Shown here one piece after another: positions 11,442-25,848 of a stretch of 64,000 bases of DNA; the first letter of the stretch is position 1; each line of letters opens with the position of its first letter. The stretch is from positions 53,632,001-53,696,000 of the forward strand of contig NW_024704742.1 of assembly GCF_018977255.1 (NCBI RefSeq), in the 5' to 3' direction. The stretch comes from Callorhinchus milii (taxonomy: Eukaryota). Position numbers and translations under genes: made by a program. The notes below the pieces were generated by a model. That model saw only the letters and a list, made by a program, of their open reading frames with translations, did no database searches and was not told where the DNA came from.

Positions 11442-14049
11442 TATTTTTGCATTGTCCAACAATAAGAGTAATTTGTGAGGTTCTCTTTAAGGATTTGTCA
11501 TTAGTGAATTTCCATATATCTTATGAAACTTCCCTTTGGCGCTGATCTTAACATCCATTAAGAAACTTACAGATCCAGGATTTCCCAATTTCAAATTCTT
11601 TTGCAAATTTCACACCTGTGTCAGTTGGGCTCAGTTGGTAGCACCATCATCTCTGAGTCAGAAGGTTATGGGCTCGAGCACTACTTGAACAGAGAAAGAT
11701 GTTTCCTCTGTGTCCTGGCAAACAATTCCAGAAAAAAAATTGTTCATTCACTTCATGGACTATTTGGGGATATGCTGTGTGACACTGGCTGCCACATTTG
11801 CTTACATTTTATTATAAGAAGCTCTTTGAGACATCCTCCTGCCGTGAAAGACACTATATTAAATGTAAGAATTATTATTAATTCTTAAATGTTTAAACAC
11901 ACGATGAATACCAAGTTCAATACCATGATGTTAATACAACTAACACTCCTGTTAGCTGGAGAATTGAAAGTGCCCATTTCATTAAGATACAGAATGCAGC
12001 GAAACGTGTATGATGAACAGAGCCTCAGCGCAAACGGATACACCTGTATCTGGGGAAAGTATACTGTGGAAAGACTCCAGGCTCCGCTGAAAGCTCCTCA
12101 CATAAAGCAACATGCTGTGCTTGCATTACCCCTCCCCTTTCTAAAAAAGTTCACAAATACAATATTTGTTCAAGAGCAGGTGGTGCTCCGAACTCATGAA
12201 TGCATCTCTAATCTACCTCAGAATAAGCCAGGCACTTTTGACACCAGATATGGAGCTCGCGTAACAGTGGAGGGTGATTGATGGCATCATACAGAGACAG
12301 CCAACTAGTCAGTGTTGTGTGGGAGGACTTCATTAAGTGCAGACTGAATTCCTGTATTCATGTAGACATACAAATCCATAGTTCTTTGAGCTTTTCCCCC
12401 CACTTAAAGGTGTACATCATAGGCACATCATTATGGATGTTTGCTTTTCAAGATGAATGCTGCATGGGATAAATTATTCTTTTCCCAAATACACAATGTA
12501 AATCACATGTTGCTTCAACCATTATTATATTCTGAAGCCAAACAACTTCAAAGCATCAGAAACAAATTGTCATTTTGCACACACAGAAAAGCTGTTATGT
12601 CACTTATGATGGATCTTGGGAAGCATGTGGCCACTGTTGGCTATTTCTCAAACAAATATTGCACTGAACCAAGTCAAACAAGAAAAATGTTCAACCGTGA
12701 AGTACTGACCTGCATTTATTGTGTATGACAGTATAACTCAGCTGGTTTCACTTTGCCTCTTGACCAGAATGTGGTAGGTTCAAGCCCTACATTGGAACTT
12801 GAGGTTAGAATCTCCATTGGAGCACTGGGAATATTGTTGGATTGGAGGAGATGACATCCTTCAGATGAGATTTTAAACTGTACTCTGTTTGCCTGTTCAA
12901 TATGGCTGTTCAAAATCACATGATGCTATTGAAAGGGAGTTTGTCCTGGCAAACAATCTTCTAGTTTAATTGCTCATTCACCTCATGGCTGTTTGTGGGA
13001 CACCACACTTAACAAAAAGTGTAGTGCGTCAATGTGATAAAATGCCAGTTAATTCTTTGTAAAATGCAGCATTTTGATTTAAAAGCTACATAATGATTGT
13101 TGGATCTGTGGTGAGAAATGAAGCGCAAGGCGATAATAATAATTATCACTTTATTTCACATTTTTCATCTGAAAAAGTAGAAATATGTGTAGGTCAATCA
13201 ACTGTGTGCTTCAGTGAAAGGACAATTACTTAATTTGTTGAAGTTAGGTAAGTTCTGATAAAGATGAACAGACATTTCCACTTACTAAATTTCAATCCAA
13301 AGCAGTGCCTGCAATCTTGCCTCTTAACTCAAAATCATTATTATAGTTTTAATAAGCAGTATTAACTGTACAAATTTATTTCAAGAAGTACATGGGGGGT
13401 ATTGTGAGTGCAAATAAGACAACAAACTTCTGAAGTACTTCCATTTGCTATTTTCTACTATGGTTTAATTTTGAAGTAAATGGCCACTGTCTGTTATTTG
13501 ATTCATTCAGAGCATAGGGCAAAAGAGCTTTGGGGATCTAGGTTATGGGATGTGACTCACATTGATCCACTGGAACTCTGCTTGGATGTGAACTTCTGAA
13601 AGTCTCTACAGAATGGTTGCACGGAATACTGCTTCTAGTCAACCTGGTATCCCACAAAACAGAATTAATGATCCATCTTCTATGGCTGAGAATTCCAATG
13701 GGATTTTTGAAACCAGGTCAACCTAATGTGCTGTAGTAAAGTGGTGGGTGATGGGGAGGAGAGAGGGGAAGAAAGGAAGAAGTGTTCACACCTGTGTCCA
13801 TCTACATTAACTATCACCAGTTCTCATTTTCATAATACTTATTGTAGTTTTCACTCCCTGTACTTTATAAGATTAGCAGTGAGGTAAGTTTAAACCATAA
13901 CCTTTCAATTGGTAAAACCCATTTACCTTTTTGTCTATTTGGAATTGAACCAGGATATTTTGATAATTATCTGACCGATCTCTTGAACTTTTTGATAATG
14001 TGCAAAAATAATGTGAAGAAGGGGATGGTAATTGCATACAACCTACTTT

Positions 14050-16939
14050 TTAAAACAAAATTTCAAACACTGTTTTATTTTCTGAATTTCTTTATCCAGG
14101 TAGACTGAATCTAAATGCAATAACAAATAGAAAAGGTGTGCAGCTTTTGTCCATCTTTACACTTTTGAGATCCTTATTCTCAATGCGATTTCCTATGCAA
14201 TATCCATTCACAGAGTTTAACGGGAGAACCACATACCTTCTTGTTCATTATTGCCAGCAGACATGAGTATTCCTATTAAATAGGATGTATACTGTACAGA
14301 TATTTTTGAAAATGATTGTGTAATTTATACAAATTGTTACAAATTTACAGGGAAGTGGCTAAAAAGAGAATTAATATGTACATACATTAATTACTTTTAT
14401 TAAGTAGCAGAAATAATAAAACAACTAAAATACTCGTCCGACAAGCTATTCCAATACATTTCAGTCCTTACAAATATACTTATACACTTTTATTCATCAG
14501 ATTTTTTTGTCACTAAAAGCAACAGGAAAACATTCATTAACATTACTGGCTGTAAAATGTACACTTACAGCTTGCAGCCCCAGATGGCGATTTACTGTCT
14601 TTAAGAGACCCCATTCATGATTTTCAAATATACCAACCATTTAGTTCCCATAAAAGTATATATGCATAGTAACAAATTAAAATAGCAAAACACTAAAATG
14701 ATAGATGTATTGCATTAAATGCAAAGTTTGAAAAGTTGTACTATTAAGGGGTTTAAATCAATTCCTCTTAGCAAGTCTGTGTAAAACTACTAATGCTCAC
14801 TACTTTGGAGGCCAAATTGAGTTTATTTCGAAGTTACATATGGGTAATTTTGGCTACATCAACCCAATTTTTAGCAATCTGATAATCTATCATTATGCAG
14901 AGGAAATCAAAAGTACCTTTCAAAACTAATTAACATCATCTGTACAGAGGAAGACTGACCATATTGTAACCAGATGAAGGCACAATTAGTCATAAATATT
15001 TTTCACTCACAAGATAATGTTAACATATCTATTAAATGCAATTGAAGGGTGATAAATGCTTAATAATTTCCTAAAAAGCATTATGCTTGGATCCAAGCTC
15101 CTGTAGAGTTGAAATGATCGGGAATGGCACATTAGAAATGATAAAATCAAGACCTTAAACAAATTAGTTTATCTAAATTTCACCAAAATTACTGTATTCA
15201 TTTTAAAATGGTCCTAAATTGACATTTATAATGACTGGTGCTTTATTTAATTTCCCCAAATTATAAGGCAATGAGTGTTCTTTAAAAGATATTTAAGGAT
15301 CGCATGAAACAAAAAATCTTGTTAACACACAATCTTGTTAATTGATTGAACCACAGCAAAAGAATCAGGAGGAAATGATAAACATGCTAACCTTTTGCCA
15401 ATAATTGTCGCTCGCAGCCAGGCTTCTGCTGGCACAGTTGGTAGGATGCCTGACCCTCAACCAGAAAAGCCACAGGTGTCATTCCCAGTGCTGCCTTTCT
15501 CTTAAACTCAGTTGCCATTGTTGGGAGTAAACTGCAGCCAAGTGTCTTCAGTTTTGTTTGCTTTGGAAGTCTAACGTAATTGACTTGACAACTTCTCAAA
15601 CTTGGCTTTTAATCCACATGGGTACAGTAAGTCTGACTAGAGGCCTAATAATCCTTAGCTACAGTTAACAAGACATACAGCTCATCTCTTATAAGTAGAA
15701 AAAATGTTTTTGTTTTACGTAAAGCAAGAGACATAAAGAGTACAAAAGCACAGCTTTTGTCATTTTGGCAATATTGCAATTTTACAAACATTTGCATAGA
15801 ATGTGTAAGAAAATAGTTTTCTTTATCATTCAGATTAAATTTTTCATACATAAAGAAAATGTACTTTAATGAGATCAGTAAAGAAAGAACAGAAAATGGC
15901 TAGCAGGCCTGGCATTAAAACAGAAAATAATATATGTAATGTCCTCTAGGGATGAGCACAATCCAAGACTGAAATCTGGGTTTATCTGAACCTAAGAGGT
16001 TCAGTAGAACCAGGCCAAACCGAACTGTTCTAAGTTCGGGGAGCACCACATTCATTTTACCACTGAGTCAATAGAGGAAACAGCAAATCTAGTAGTTCAG
16101 ATATGGCCTTGATTTGGATTAGCCCAAATATACTAGGAAAGTCTGGTCAAGGAACATGTTCTGGGCTTTTTCACTACATTTAATTTGTGGATGTTCACTC
16201 ATCCCTAATTCCTTCTTCAGAATTTCTTTTCGCTTTCCTACTAGTTAGTAGCAGTTGCACTGTGCAGTGTTAGAATTCACATCACATGTACAATTCTTTG
16301 GTTTGTACCACATCACAAAAAAATTGGTAATGCAAAAAACAATAGTGTCACCAACAGTGCTGTGAGAGGTCCTCGTAGAAGGTATGGTTGGCATGTTTGT
16401 TTTTCACAGTTGAAAAAAAGGCAGAAGAGAAGGAAAAATGTTACTACTGCTTTCCAAATGAATGACATGCAAACACCACAATACATTGAAATGCTCCATT
16501 AAAACTATTGAACGATTCCTTCGAATTTCCTTTTGCTACTGAATGACAAAACCAATGTTTGTTTAAGTGTTTGAAAAGGGAACCAAAGTTCTGAGAAACG
16601 ACTTGTTACGTTATTTGTGGTATTAATTATTCAGTCCTTTCATAACCAGGTCCTGCTAACATTTAAAAAAAACTATGTGCTTTACTTGGATTAGCAAAGG
16701 CAACTGTGTATTTCTCCCCTTTCTGAGAAAGGATGGTATCCAGCTTGTCCTGGTGCAGGCATATCTCTTCACTGACTGGTCAGTTCCCATACAGAAGGCA
16801 GCCGTGTACTACTGTACTGTGGAAGCAGTGGCTTTGTAACATCATTGTGGTTCCTGATTCACCATGAGAGTCAAAACAGATGCCAAGGGACAGTACCGAA
16901 AAGGCTTTTCTGGTGGTAGAGTGCTCAGCGCTCATGGAT
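14050..16939 (-). other. SGCZ: Probable SGCZ 3' UTR (end uncertain)
   Basis: Follows the stop codon. AT-rich and free of recognisable SINE/LINE copies. Minus-strand AATAAA at 15242-15247, 14822-14827, 14489-14494, 14396-14401 and 14074-14079; the last is followed by a U/GU-rich tract. Confidence 0.5.
15947..16207. mobile_element. Old non-autonomous hAT-like MITE, 261 bp
   Basis: TIRs TAGGGATGAG and CTCATCCCTA. The 8-bp flanks atgtcctc and attccttc match at 5/8. Internal ccgaac/gttcgg inverted motifs. Confidence 0.6.
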
Positions 16940-17122
16940 TTAAATCCGCAAACAAATGTTGCTGCTTGACTGGCATGTGGAACCTGCTTCCCCTGGAGAC
17001 AGAAAGAGTTTGCCATTGGGGCAGACGCACACTTCATAGACAGTCTGATGTGGGGTTGAGGAAGTAGAGGCAGAGCCCTGTGGGATATTTCCTAGTCGGA
17101 TTGTTTTTGCATTTAAAAATAT
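16940..17122 (-). CDS. SGCZ: Zeta-sarcoglycan terminal coding exon with the cysteine-cluster C-terminus and TAA stop
   Basis: Acceptor tttcttttcctcag|ATA. Translates IFLNAKTIRLGNIPQGSASTSSTPHQTVYEVCVCPNGKLFLSPGEAGSTCQSSSNICLRI*. IFLNA..I.LGN, CVCPNGKL and STCQSSSNICL favour SGCZ over SGCG/SGCD as I recall those proteins. Confidence 0.95.
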   Translation of the reverse strand: MFLNAKTIRLGNIPQGSASTSSTPHQTVYEVCVCPNGKLFLSPGEAGSTCQSSSNICLRI

Positions 17123-17779
17123 CTGAGGAAAAGAAACAGAAAAAAAATGGTATCTAAATACTGTACCGGTAAACGGTAAGACAGCGCTTATGTTTGATCA
17201 GCCATGACAAGAAGCACACTCTTGTTTATTAAACTACTTAATTTGCACAACTTGTAATTTCTTCTTTTCATTCATGTTGTTCTACAAGATAATACACTGC
17301 AAACTACTGACACATCCCTGTGCATATATGTATACAATTTGACAACCTGTATGTTAGCTTCAAAGGTCTAAGATTAAACATGTAAAGTTGCATTACTCAA
17401 ACTGCTGACAAACACAAATGACTTCTATTCTAGTTTGATTTACTGACCAGATTTTGTGGACAAATCACCATCGTCTCATATAATATTCCCCAATATGCCG
17501 TAGTATCTACAATGATATGTATTCTTTATAACACAATAAGAAACTGAGATGTAGAACTCATTCTCCCTAGAATATGTTTCTTATTAAAACATAATACAGA
17601 GAAACCTTGTTAGAACATGGTTGACAAGGTCTAATATCTCAGTAGTCTCTTTATAAACAATGAGTGAAATAGTAACTAACTTCTGGCTTCTTAGGACACT
17701 GCACTTTCTGTGCATAGAATTATTTGTATTCTCATGTCATGATGTCAGTGACACTTCCTGAATAGGACACAGCAACTGA

Positions 17780-18245
17780 GAAAAAGGAGCGGCCGGGTCG
17801 GTAGGGTTTAAGGCGTCCACAGAGGTAAGGATGGGGTGAGACTGTGAAGAGGTTTGAATGTGAACAGAATAATGTTAAATTCAATCCCCTGAGAAATGGG
17901 AAGCCAGTGGAGCAAAGCAAAGACGAGGCTGATAGTTTCATGGCGCCAAGTGTGAGAGAGGACACAGGCTTCAGATTTCTGGATAGTCTATAGCCAGGGT
18001 AAGGAAGAATTGGGGAGTCCGGTGAGTTAAGCCTGTCTGTGATGAAAGCATGAGGGAAGAGGTAGTGGCAGAGGTGGGCAAAGTTGACAGAGGTGAGGGA
18101 AAACTGAGCAGGTAAGAGTACAACTATGGGGTTTAAAGGACAGATGGGAGTCAAACAAGACGTGGAGGTTCTGCAGCAGCTCCGCAAGGTGGAGTGCACA
18201 TCCAATGCAGGTTGATGCCTGAGGTGAGAGCGCCTGAAGAGGTAA
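17780..18245 (-). mobile_element. Old L2 LINE fragment in the last SGCZ intron
   Basis: Degenerate LPHAFIT.RL and LHWLP..I.F similarity to the other L2 copies in the window. Confidence 0.7.
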
Positions 18246-18497
18246 GGCACTGGTGGGATCTTAGCAGAACTTTTTTCCGATGATATGAGGTGCTCAGCAG
18301 TCTACGTTAGCCCAGCGGAGGTGGCAAGCAGAGAAGTAGGGAACAAGCAAGTCAAAGAGATAGGGAGGCGCTAAGGTTGTGAAGGGATTACATGTGATAC
18401 CAAGGAAGTCAAGTTGATCCATTCAGACACAGGGAGCCAACCAAGATCAGGATCATGTTGGAACTGACAATACACTAGACTCCACACAAGAGCTTAC

Positions 18498-18621
18498 CTC
18501 CCCATCCGTAGACTGGAGCTGGAGATCTCGTCTACAGGTGGCCTTGATTTCCCCTTCATCAGCAGCAATATGCACTCCCTTTGGGGCTTCCATTGTCAGA
18601 GCCCGGGTCGGAGATTCTAGC
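18498..18621 (-). CDS. SGCZ: Zeta-sarcoglycan coding exon (124 bp, phase 2-0)
   Basis: Acceptor gaatttgcag|G and donor GAG|gtaagc. Translates (K)[41 protein letters not shown], containing the sarcoglycan LESPTR.L.MEAP.GV motif. Confidence 0.95.
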
Positions 18622-21600
18622 CTGCAAATTCCATTTCGAAAACAAATCCATGATGTACAAAAAGGCCTGGTAATATCAGTGCAATTTAGTCACACCTCAA
18701 GGACTGCAAGAAAAGGATTCAATTGTCAAATTACACCATTGATTTCTTAGGTCGCTGTGAATAAAAAAAAAAGGGGTGATGTGCTTGCAGGCATTTTAAT
18801 CAAACTGCGGATCAAAACATCAGTGTGTTGTTTTCCTTTCTGAGCAGGATTTAGATGAAACTGATATAAAAGAAATGTCTCAAGGAAGCTTCCCTGTCCC
18901 TCAATTTGCATTCTCTGTGCCTTACAGCAGATTTGGACAACTTCAAAAACACTGAAATGTGTATCACAACTTCTAAAATTATCCTTTAGGAGAACATTAC
19001 AGATTATTATTATTTCAGATAAAAATGGAGGGGAATGCTGCACTTATTTTAAAAATTAAAAATAATTATTGCATTTGATATAATGACTTCCACATCCAAA
19101 GGACATCTGAAGGTAACTCACATAATTTATTGTAAAGTGTAGTAACTGTGTATTTGGTAGGCAAATATTGGGAGTTAATGTTCATGTGTCACACCAGAGC
19201 AAGAAGCACAGAGAGATCTTGTTTCCATTATTAAACATTTATTTGACAGAATGAACATTCCTGGCAAGTCAAGCTAAATCATACTTCTTTCACCCACAAA
19301 TATAGTCAATTCACTTTACAGTATATTCTATGAAGAGCTTTGAGACGTCTAGAAGACATGAAAAGCACAATATCAAATGCAAGGATTATTATTATTATGA
19401 TTATTATTATTATTTAGGCAATAATGAATAGGTGTGCACTTTTCTCAGGTGACCAAATCAGGGCTTTAAATCGCTGTTGTTCTGAAATTGAAGCACAAAC
19501 TGTTGAGTACAACATTGTCAGTACATTAAAGCTCTTGAAGGGTATTCACATTTTTGGTTCTTTTCTGTTTCGTTCTGCAATTTATTTTTCGTTGCCCCTG
19601 TAATTATGTTCACAGGCTAAGATAATACCGGTCAAGCAGTTTATATTGAGATTTTAAACCATTCCGAGCTGACAAGGCCTATCTCTTATCCCTAGCAATA
19701 ATTTATTTAAACTTTAGGGAATCAGTAGGAGTGTACAGTGGTGAGTTTATTAAACCAATAATAGTTTTGTCATGAGATGAAATCCCCACATATCCAGTCT
19801 TTGAATTCCATTACTTGCCCTGGATTGTATGCTTAACTTATGCTTTATTAAATACTTAAATGTAATAAAACATCCAATGATTAGAAATATACTTCACTGC
19901 ATTTTCTGATCGCTCAGTTGGTAAAACGTATTGCATTTTAATGCAGATTTGATACCTGACCTGAGCTGAATCAATGTCAATAATGCTGAGGTGGAGGGTT
20001 ACACTTGGCATAAGTACTCCTAGATTATGGAGAGCAGGCAAAATCAGACAGGGTTCCTGCTCCACACAGTCCAACAACCCTTCGGTGTTAATCACACCAA
20101 GCTTGCTTCCCCATGGTCATTGAAAACTCCCAGTCACATAAGCTGACTCTTCAATAATATAGGATTAAAAACCTAATACCTGATTTGGGGATACTGTGAA
20201 TGCTCCAAGATCCACATGCACCAAAAAATGAGTTGTTATTTCTTTCAGCCTCAAATTCAGCACAATAGAAACCAGGTAATATTAAGTGAGTTTCCCTTTG
20301 TACAATGTAATGTGAAGTAAGCAACTTCCAATTACATGGTCACATGGTCAGATTACTAGTGTGAACCTTCGGTGTTCAATTAACTTTCCAAAATTTCAGA
20401 CAGATTTATAATAGCAATGTGATAATCACTGCATCCGACACAGAGCTTATAAAGTCCAGAATGCCTCAAACCCCTTCAAAAAGCTTTCTGCAATGTTTGG
20501 TGACTATGCATTTTGCAGGCGAATGCACCTATAATCATGTCTCACAAACAGCTACGGAGTGAATGATAAATTTAGCTTGTTTATTAGCTTGGACATCGGG
20601 AATAACTCTTGTCAAATGGTATCATGGCACCATAAACAATGCAATGTTTAAAAAATATCAAATGCAAGGATTATTAATGCTTCACCAATACTGTTGGGTA
20701 GGAATTCTATGGGTGCACTTCGAGGACCATCTAAATTTCTTCATTTTTTTCTCTGTTTAAACAAATATTTAAAATGAACTGTTGTGGAGGAGGATGAAAT
20801 CTCAAGCAGACAGTTTTTTCCCCTACCTGCTAGCTCTAAAAACTTCCATTGAGCTGAATGCTATGATTTAATAAGCCAGCAGAAAATTGTGCAATGGCTT
20901 TCTTTAATTCTTAAAAAGCTACAGCAGATTCTAATAATAATAATTGTACGAGCATTTTGTGCAACACCTTTCACAGCAGGAGAGTGTCTCAAAGCACTTC
21001 ATGGGAAATACTGTAAGTGGAGTGAATGTGCATTTTGTAGGCAAATGCGGCAGCCAATTTGTACACAACAATGTCCCACAAACAACCATAAATTGATTGA
21101 CCAATTTTATCTAGAGGATTGTTTGCTGGGCAGGTTGGATTTGGGTTTAATTGTCTCATCCAAAGGACAGCATACCAAACAATGCAACAACATCACTTCC
21201 TCCCACCCCTCCACCACTGCAAAGGAGTGTTACTCTAAATTATGTGAGAACTAAGACCCAATGCGAAGCTTGATCCTATGACTTCTGAAGAAGAGGCAAG
21301 AGTGCTACTACCTTAGCCATGCTGAGCCATTCAACATCACATTCTAACAGTGATATGTATACTTTAAGTTTGTGAAAATTGGTTCTCCTTTTGTAACTGG
21401 AAGTACATTGCAAATCTCTATTTCAGTATAGAATCTGCAGAACATCCAGAGTGCAGTTTCTTTGGGCCACTGGGAATTTTGACAGGATTCCTTATTAAAA
21501 AATTCCTTTAAGAAGTATCACAAGTTGGTCTCCCACATATTCGTTCATTCTCCCTGCTCTTCAAGCTCTCTCTTCTCATGCTCCCAGCCTTTCTCATAAC

Positions 21601-23346
21601 AGATTAATATAAATAAATTACCCTTGGAGTTCAATATCAAGCACCATGGAAATGAAAACCACAGCAGAATCCAGAACACCTACACGCTGCAAATTGCTTG
21701 TTGCCAGAGGTATCATTCTATCGAATGCTTGCACTTAATTTAGCATTGATATTCCTCATTTTGGTTAAAAAAGTGCAAGTTTGTAGAACATTATAGATTT
21801 CACATTAGTTATCTTTTTATACAGCAAATTACATAATTGTATTCAATTAGTTTTTCCTGAGGAAGAATTAGGGAATGTTCCGACAAAATCAATTGTAAAA
21901 GATGGTTTCATATCATATGATGGTATCCTAGGGTAATGGGTTTCGAAAGAAGGAGCCCCATTCATCTCATTTATTGTATTATTCTATTTAAAAAAAACTC
22001 CCTCTCCCTCCCTCAAAAACCAGCGATACATTTAGAATGTAATATTAATTTTCTCATGCCTTCAGGGAACCCAGCAAAAAAACTGGTCTTGCATTTATTT
22101 GATAATAATGTGTCTTGAAACGTGCTGTGAAAATGCTTTGCACATGACTAATATTCTCAAAGAAACTTGTTTCTTCCTCTGAAAACAAATGATTAAATAA
22201 TCCAATTAATAAACAAGGGAATATATTTAACGGGATTTTGATATGTTACTACAATAGGAATCATGTAACTCAGTGGTTAGAGCACTTGCCTTGCAAGCGA
22301 GACACCTGGGTTCAATTCCAGGCAGGGCAAAACCTTGGGCAATATTTCCTTACTCCACACGCCTAATAATAATCCCTCCAAAAAAAAAGAGTAAATAATA
22401 AATTGGTCATTTTCAATCCACGACTGTTGTGGGACACTGCTGTGTGCAATTGTTTGCCGTGTTTCACCCACAAATATACGGTCAATTCACTTTACAATAT
22501 ACTCTGTGAAGCTCTTTGAGATGCCGAGAAGACATGAAAAAGGGCTATATCAAATGCAAGGATTATTATTATTATTTCAAGCACCATAGATACCATCAAT
22601 CAGCATGTTTAACCAATGCTAAAATGTTGGGCTGTAATTTTGAATTCTGACATATATCAAACTATTGGGTGCTGATTGACAGGCACTATGCCACCACTCA
22701 TTCCTTGACCATTACTGACTAATGGAAAAAGGCACTGTGCTGCAGCTTAACTGATAAAATTGAACCATTTAGTTCACTTGTGCCCCATAAAGCTTTTAAC
22801 CCTACTTAGAAACTGCTGGAAAGAAATTCCATCTGGGTCTAGACTTACTCTTTGTATGTGACATTTTAGAGCCTCCAGTATTTGGGAAATAGTTGAATTC
22901 TGGCTGAACTTTGAAATCAATTTTTTGTAGTTATTAAAACAAATTTCAGAAAAACGGCTTCAAAATTATGGGTGTTTTTAAGAATTTACCAAATTCTTGC
23001 TCTGAGATGCTATATAAATAAAGTAAGTCTGGACCCAAGTAAAATTTCTCCCCAAATGTGGATGAGCAGAATAATTTCAGCATTAACATAATAAAAATTA
23101 CAATCCTTGTATTTTATATAGAGTCTTATAATATCATCAAGGTGTCTCAAAGTCTTCATAGGATTCGCTGTAAAGTGACTCGAATGTGCATTATAATAAT
23201 ATAATATACTTATATTTGACATTAGGATGTCTCAAGAGTTTCACAGAATATACTGTAAAGTGAATTGACCACATACTTTGTGGACGAAACGTGGCAGCCA
23301 ATTGAGCACAGCAGTGTCCCACAAACAGTCGTAGATTCAGTGACCT

Positions 23347-23660
<314 letters not shown>

Positions 23661-25069
23661 AGGATTATTACTCCTGGAAAGCAATCAGCTAATCAACTGA
23701 CAACCAGGTTCCTACTTATTGCTCGGCAAACATAGGCATGTGGAGTAAGGAAACTTGCTTAAGGTTTTGCCCTGCCCGGGAACTGAACCAGGGTCCTCTC
23801 ACTTGCTCGGCGAGTGCTCCAACCAATATGCTACAGGACTCCATTGTATGGGCCAACCACGACAGCCAATTTACACACAGCAATGTCCCACAAACAGCCA
23901 TGGAGTGAATGTCCAATATTTGTATCCATAGTGGATTTTCTATATTTCATAGGAACTATGACCTTCAGGGGAAATACTGCAAATTTAAAGGGTCCTATGG
24001 GATTTTCTCTTCACGTTCTTGCTACTCGCTGTTTAAGAGCTCCAGGCCACTACTCCGTGTGAAATACAAATGCAAGTTGTTGTTGTTGTTATTAGTTGTT
24101 AAGTTCTGTAAATTATTGAGGAAGTCCAGCAGGGACACATTTTTTGCTTACTACATCAAAAACAACAATTTATATTTGTGTAGCACCTTTCATATCAGGA
24201 GGATGTCTCAAACGGAATCTGAAAACTCTTCAATCAGTACTGCAGAAATAAAAATAATTTTACAAGTAAAAGATAGATGTTAAAGTACCATTCTTGCAAC
24301 GATAGCATAAAAATTAATCCCGTTCAGCATTATGCAATGTCTATCTTTAATGGGATTTTCTATTATAGTCATGCATTGCCAAAGGCTCTTCATATAATGC
24401 TGAATGGAATTTTTAGCCAACTGAGTCAAAAACAAAATCTATCCAACTGTAACAAGGATAGATGTCTCACAAATGTACTCTTTGAGTCATAGTAGACAGA
24501 AAGATTGCAGTATAATAATAATAATCATTGAATTTGATATAGCACCTTATCACGTCTTCGAGAAGTTTCAAAGCGCTTCACAGAATATACTGTAAAGTGA
24601 AGTGATGTTTAGTGGGAAAAACGTGGCAGCCAACTGTGCACTACAGTGTCTCACAAACAGTCATGGATTGAGTGACAACTTGATTATTATTATTTATTCA
24701 AGCAATTATTACTCCTGGAAAAGCGATCCGTCAATCGACTAACAACCGGTTTCCTACTTACTGCTAGGTAAACAGAGACGTGTCGAGTAAGGAAACTTGC
24801 CCAAGGTTTCGCCCTGCCGGGAATCGAACCCAAGTGTCTTGGTTGCGAGACGAGAGCTCTAACCACTGAGCTCCACATTTATTGCATTAGGGTGTGAAAT
24901 GTTGTGCCAGAGATTTCTCACAACCCAAACAATTTTCCAACAATCCCAGTGAGAAATTGCTGGTGAGCAAATCCTACATATACCAGAGAGTTAGTGAAAA
25001 CAGTGGAGTAGACTATCACAGACAGGAAACAAGATTGGCAAACGCTTTGCTACTGGTATTCTGGGCAAG

Positions 25070-25848
25070 CAGAGTGATCGAAAGCACAGTTGAAGAGGAG
25101 GGCCTTGAGATGGGTCTTGAAAGAGGCAAGGGAGAGGGCGAGGCAGAGGGACTGTGAGATGGAGTTCCAGATGGTGCGGGCAGAGTGACAGAAGGTCCGC
25201 CCACCAATGGTGGGGTGGACGTGGTGGAGCACGTGAAGCAGTCTGAAGCCCGCTGAACGGAGTGAGTGGGCAGGTTGGTAGGTGGTTAGGAGGTCGCAGA
25301 GGTAGGGGGGAGTGAGGCCATGGAGGGCTCTGAAAGTGAGGACCAGGATCTTGAACTGTATCCTCTGTGTGATGGGAAGCCAGTGGAGTTGGGCGAGGAT
25401 GGGGTGATAGGGTCATGGAGCCTGGTGTGGGAGAGGACACAGGCTGCAGAGTTCTGGATGATCTTCAGCCTATGGAGGGAGGAGTTGGAGAGGCTGACAA
25501 CAGGGAGTTTGTGTAGTCGAGCCTCGGTGTAATGAAAGCGTGTAGGAGGGCTTTGGCCGACTGCGGTGTGCGACAGTGTCGGAGACTGGCGATGTTGCAG
25601 AGGAGGGGGAAGGCAGAGCAGATCATGGCGCAGATGTGGGTTAGAAAGGATAGTTGAGGGTCAAACAACATGCCAAGGTTCTGGATTGGCTCAGTGAGGT
25701 GGAGTGTGCAACCATGGATGGTGATGCTGTCAGCGCCTGAGGTGAGAAGTCGCTGACAGGAGACAATCAGGAGAGCCTCGGTCTTGATGACGTTCAACTG
25801 AAGAAAGTTAGCTCTCATCCAGGACTTGATGTCTGACAGACATTCAGG
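25070..25848 (-). mobile_element. L2 LINE 3' fragment
   Basis: CLSDIKSWMRANFLQLNVIKTE, LHAFITPRLDYTNSLL and GGRTFCHSARTIWNSI...FKTHLK. Confidence 0.88.

Noticed and set aside
11889..12472. Cluster of plus-strand ORFs in slightly GC-richer unique DNA
   Set aside because: No recognisable protein motifs or convincing exon structure.
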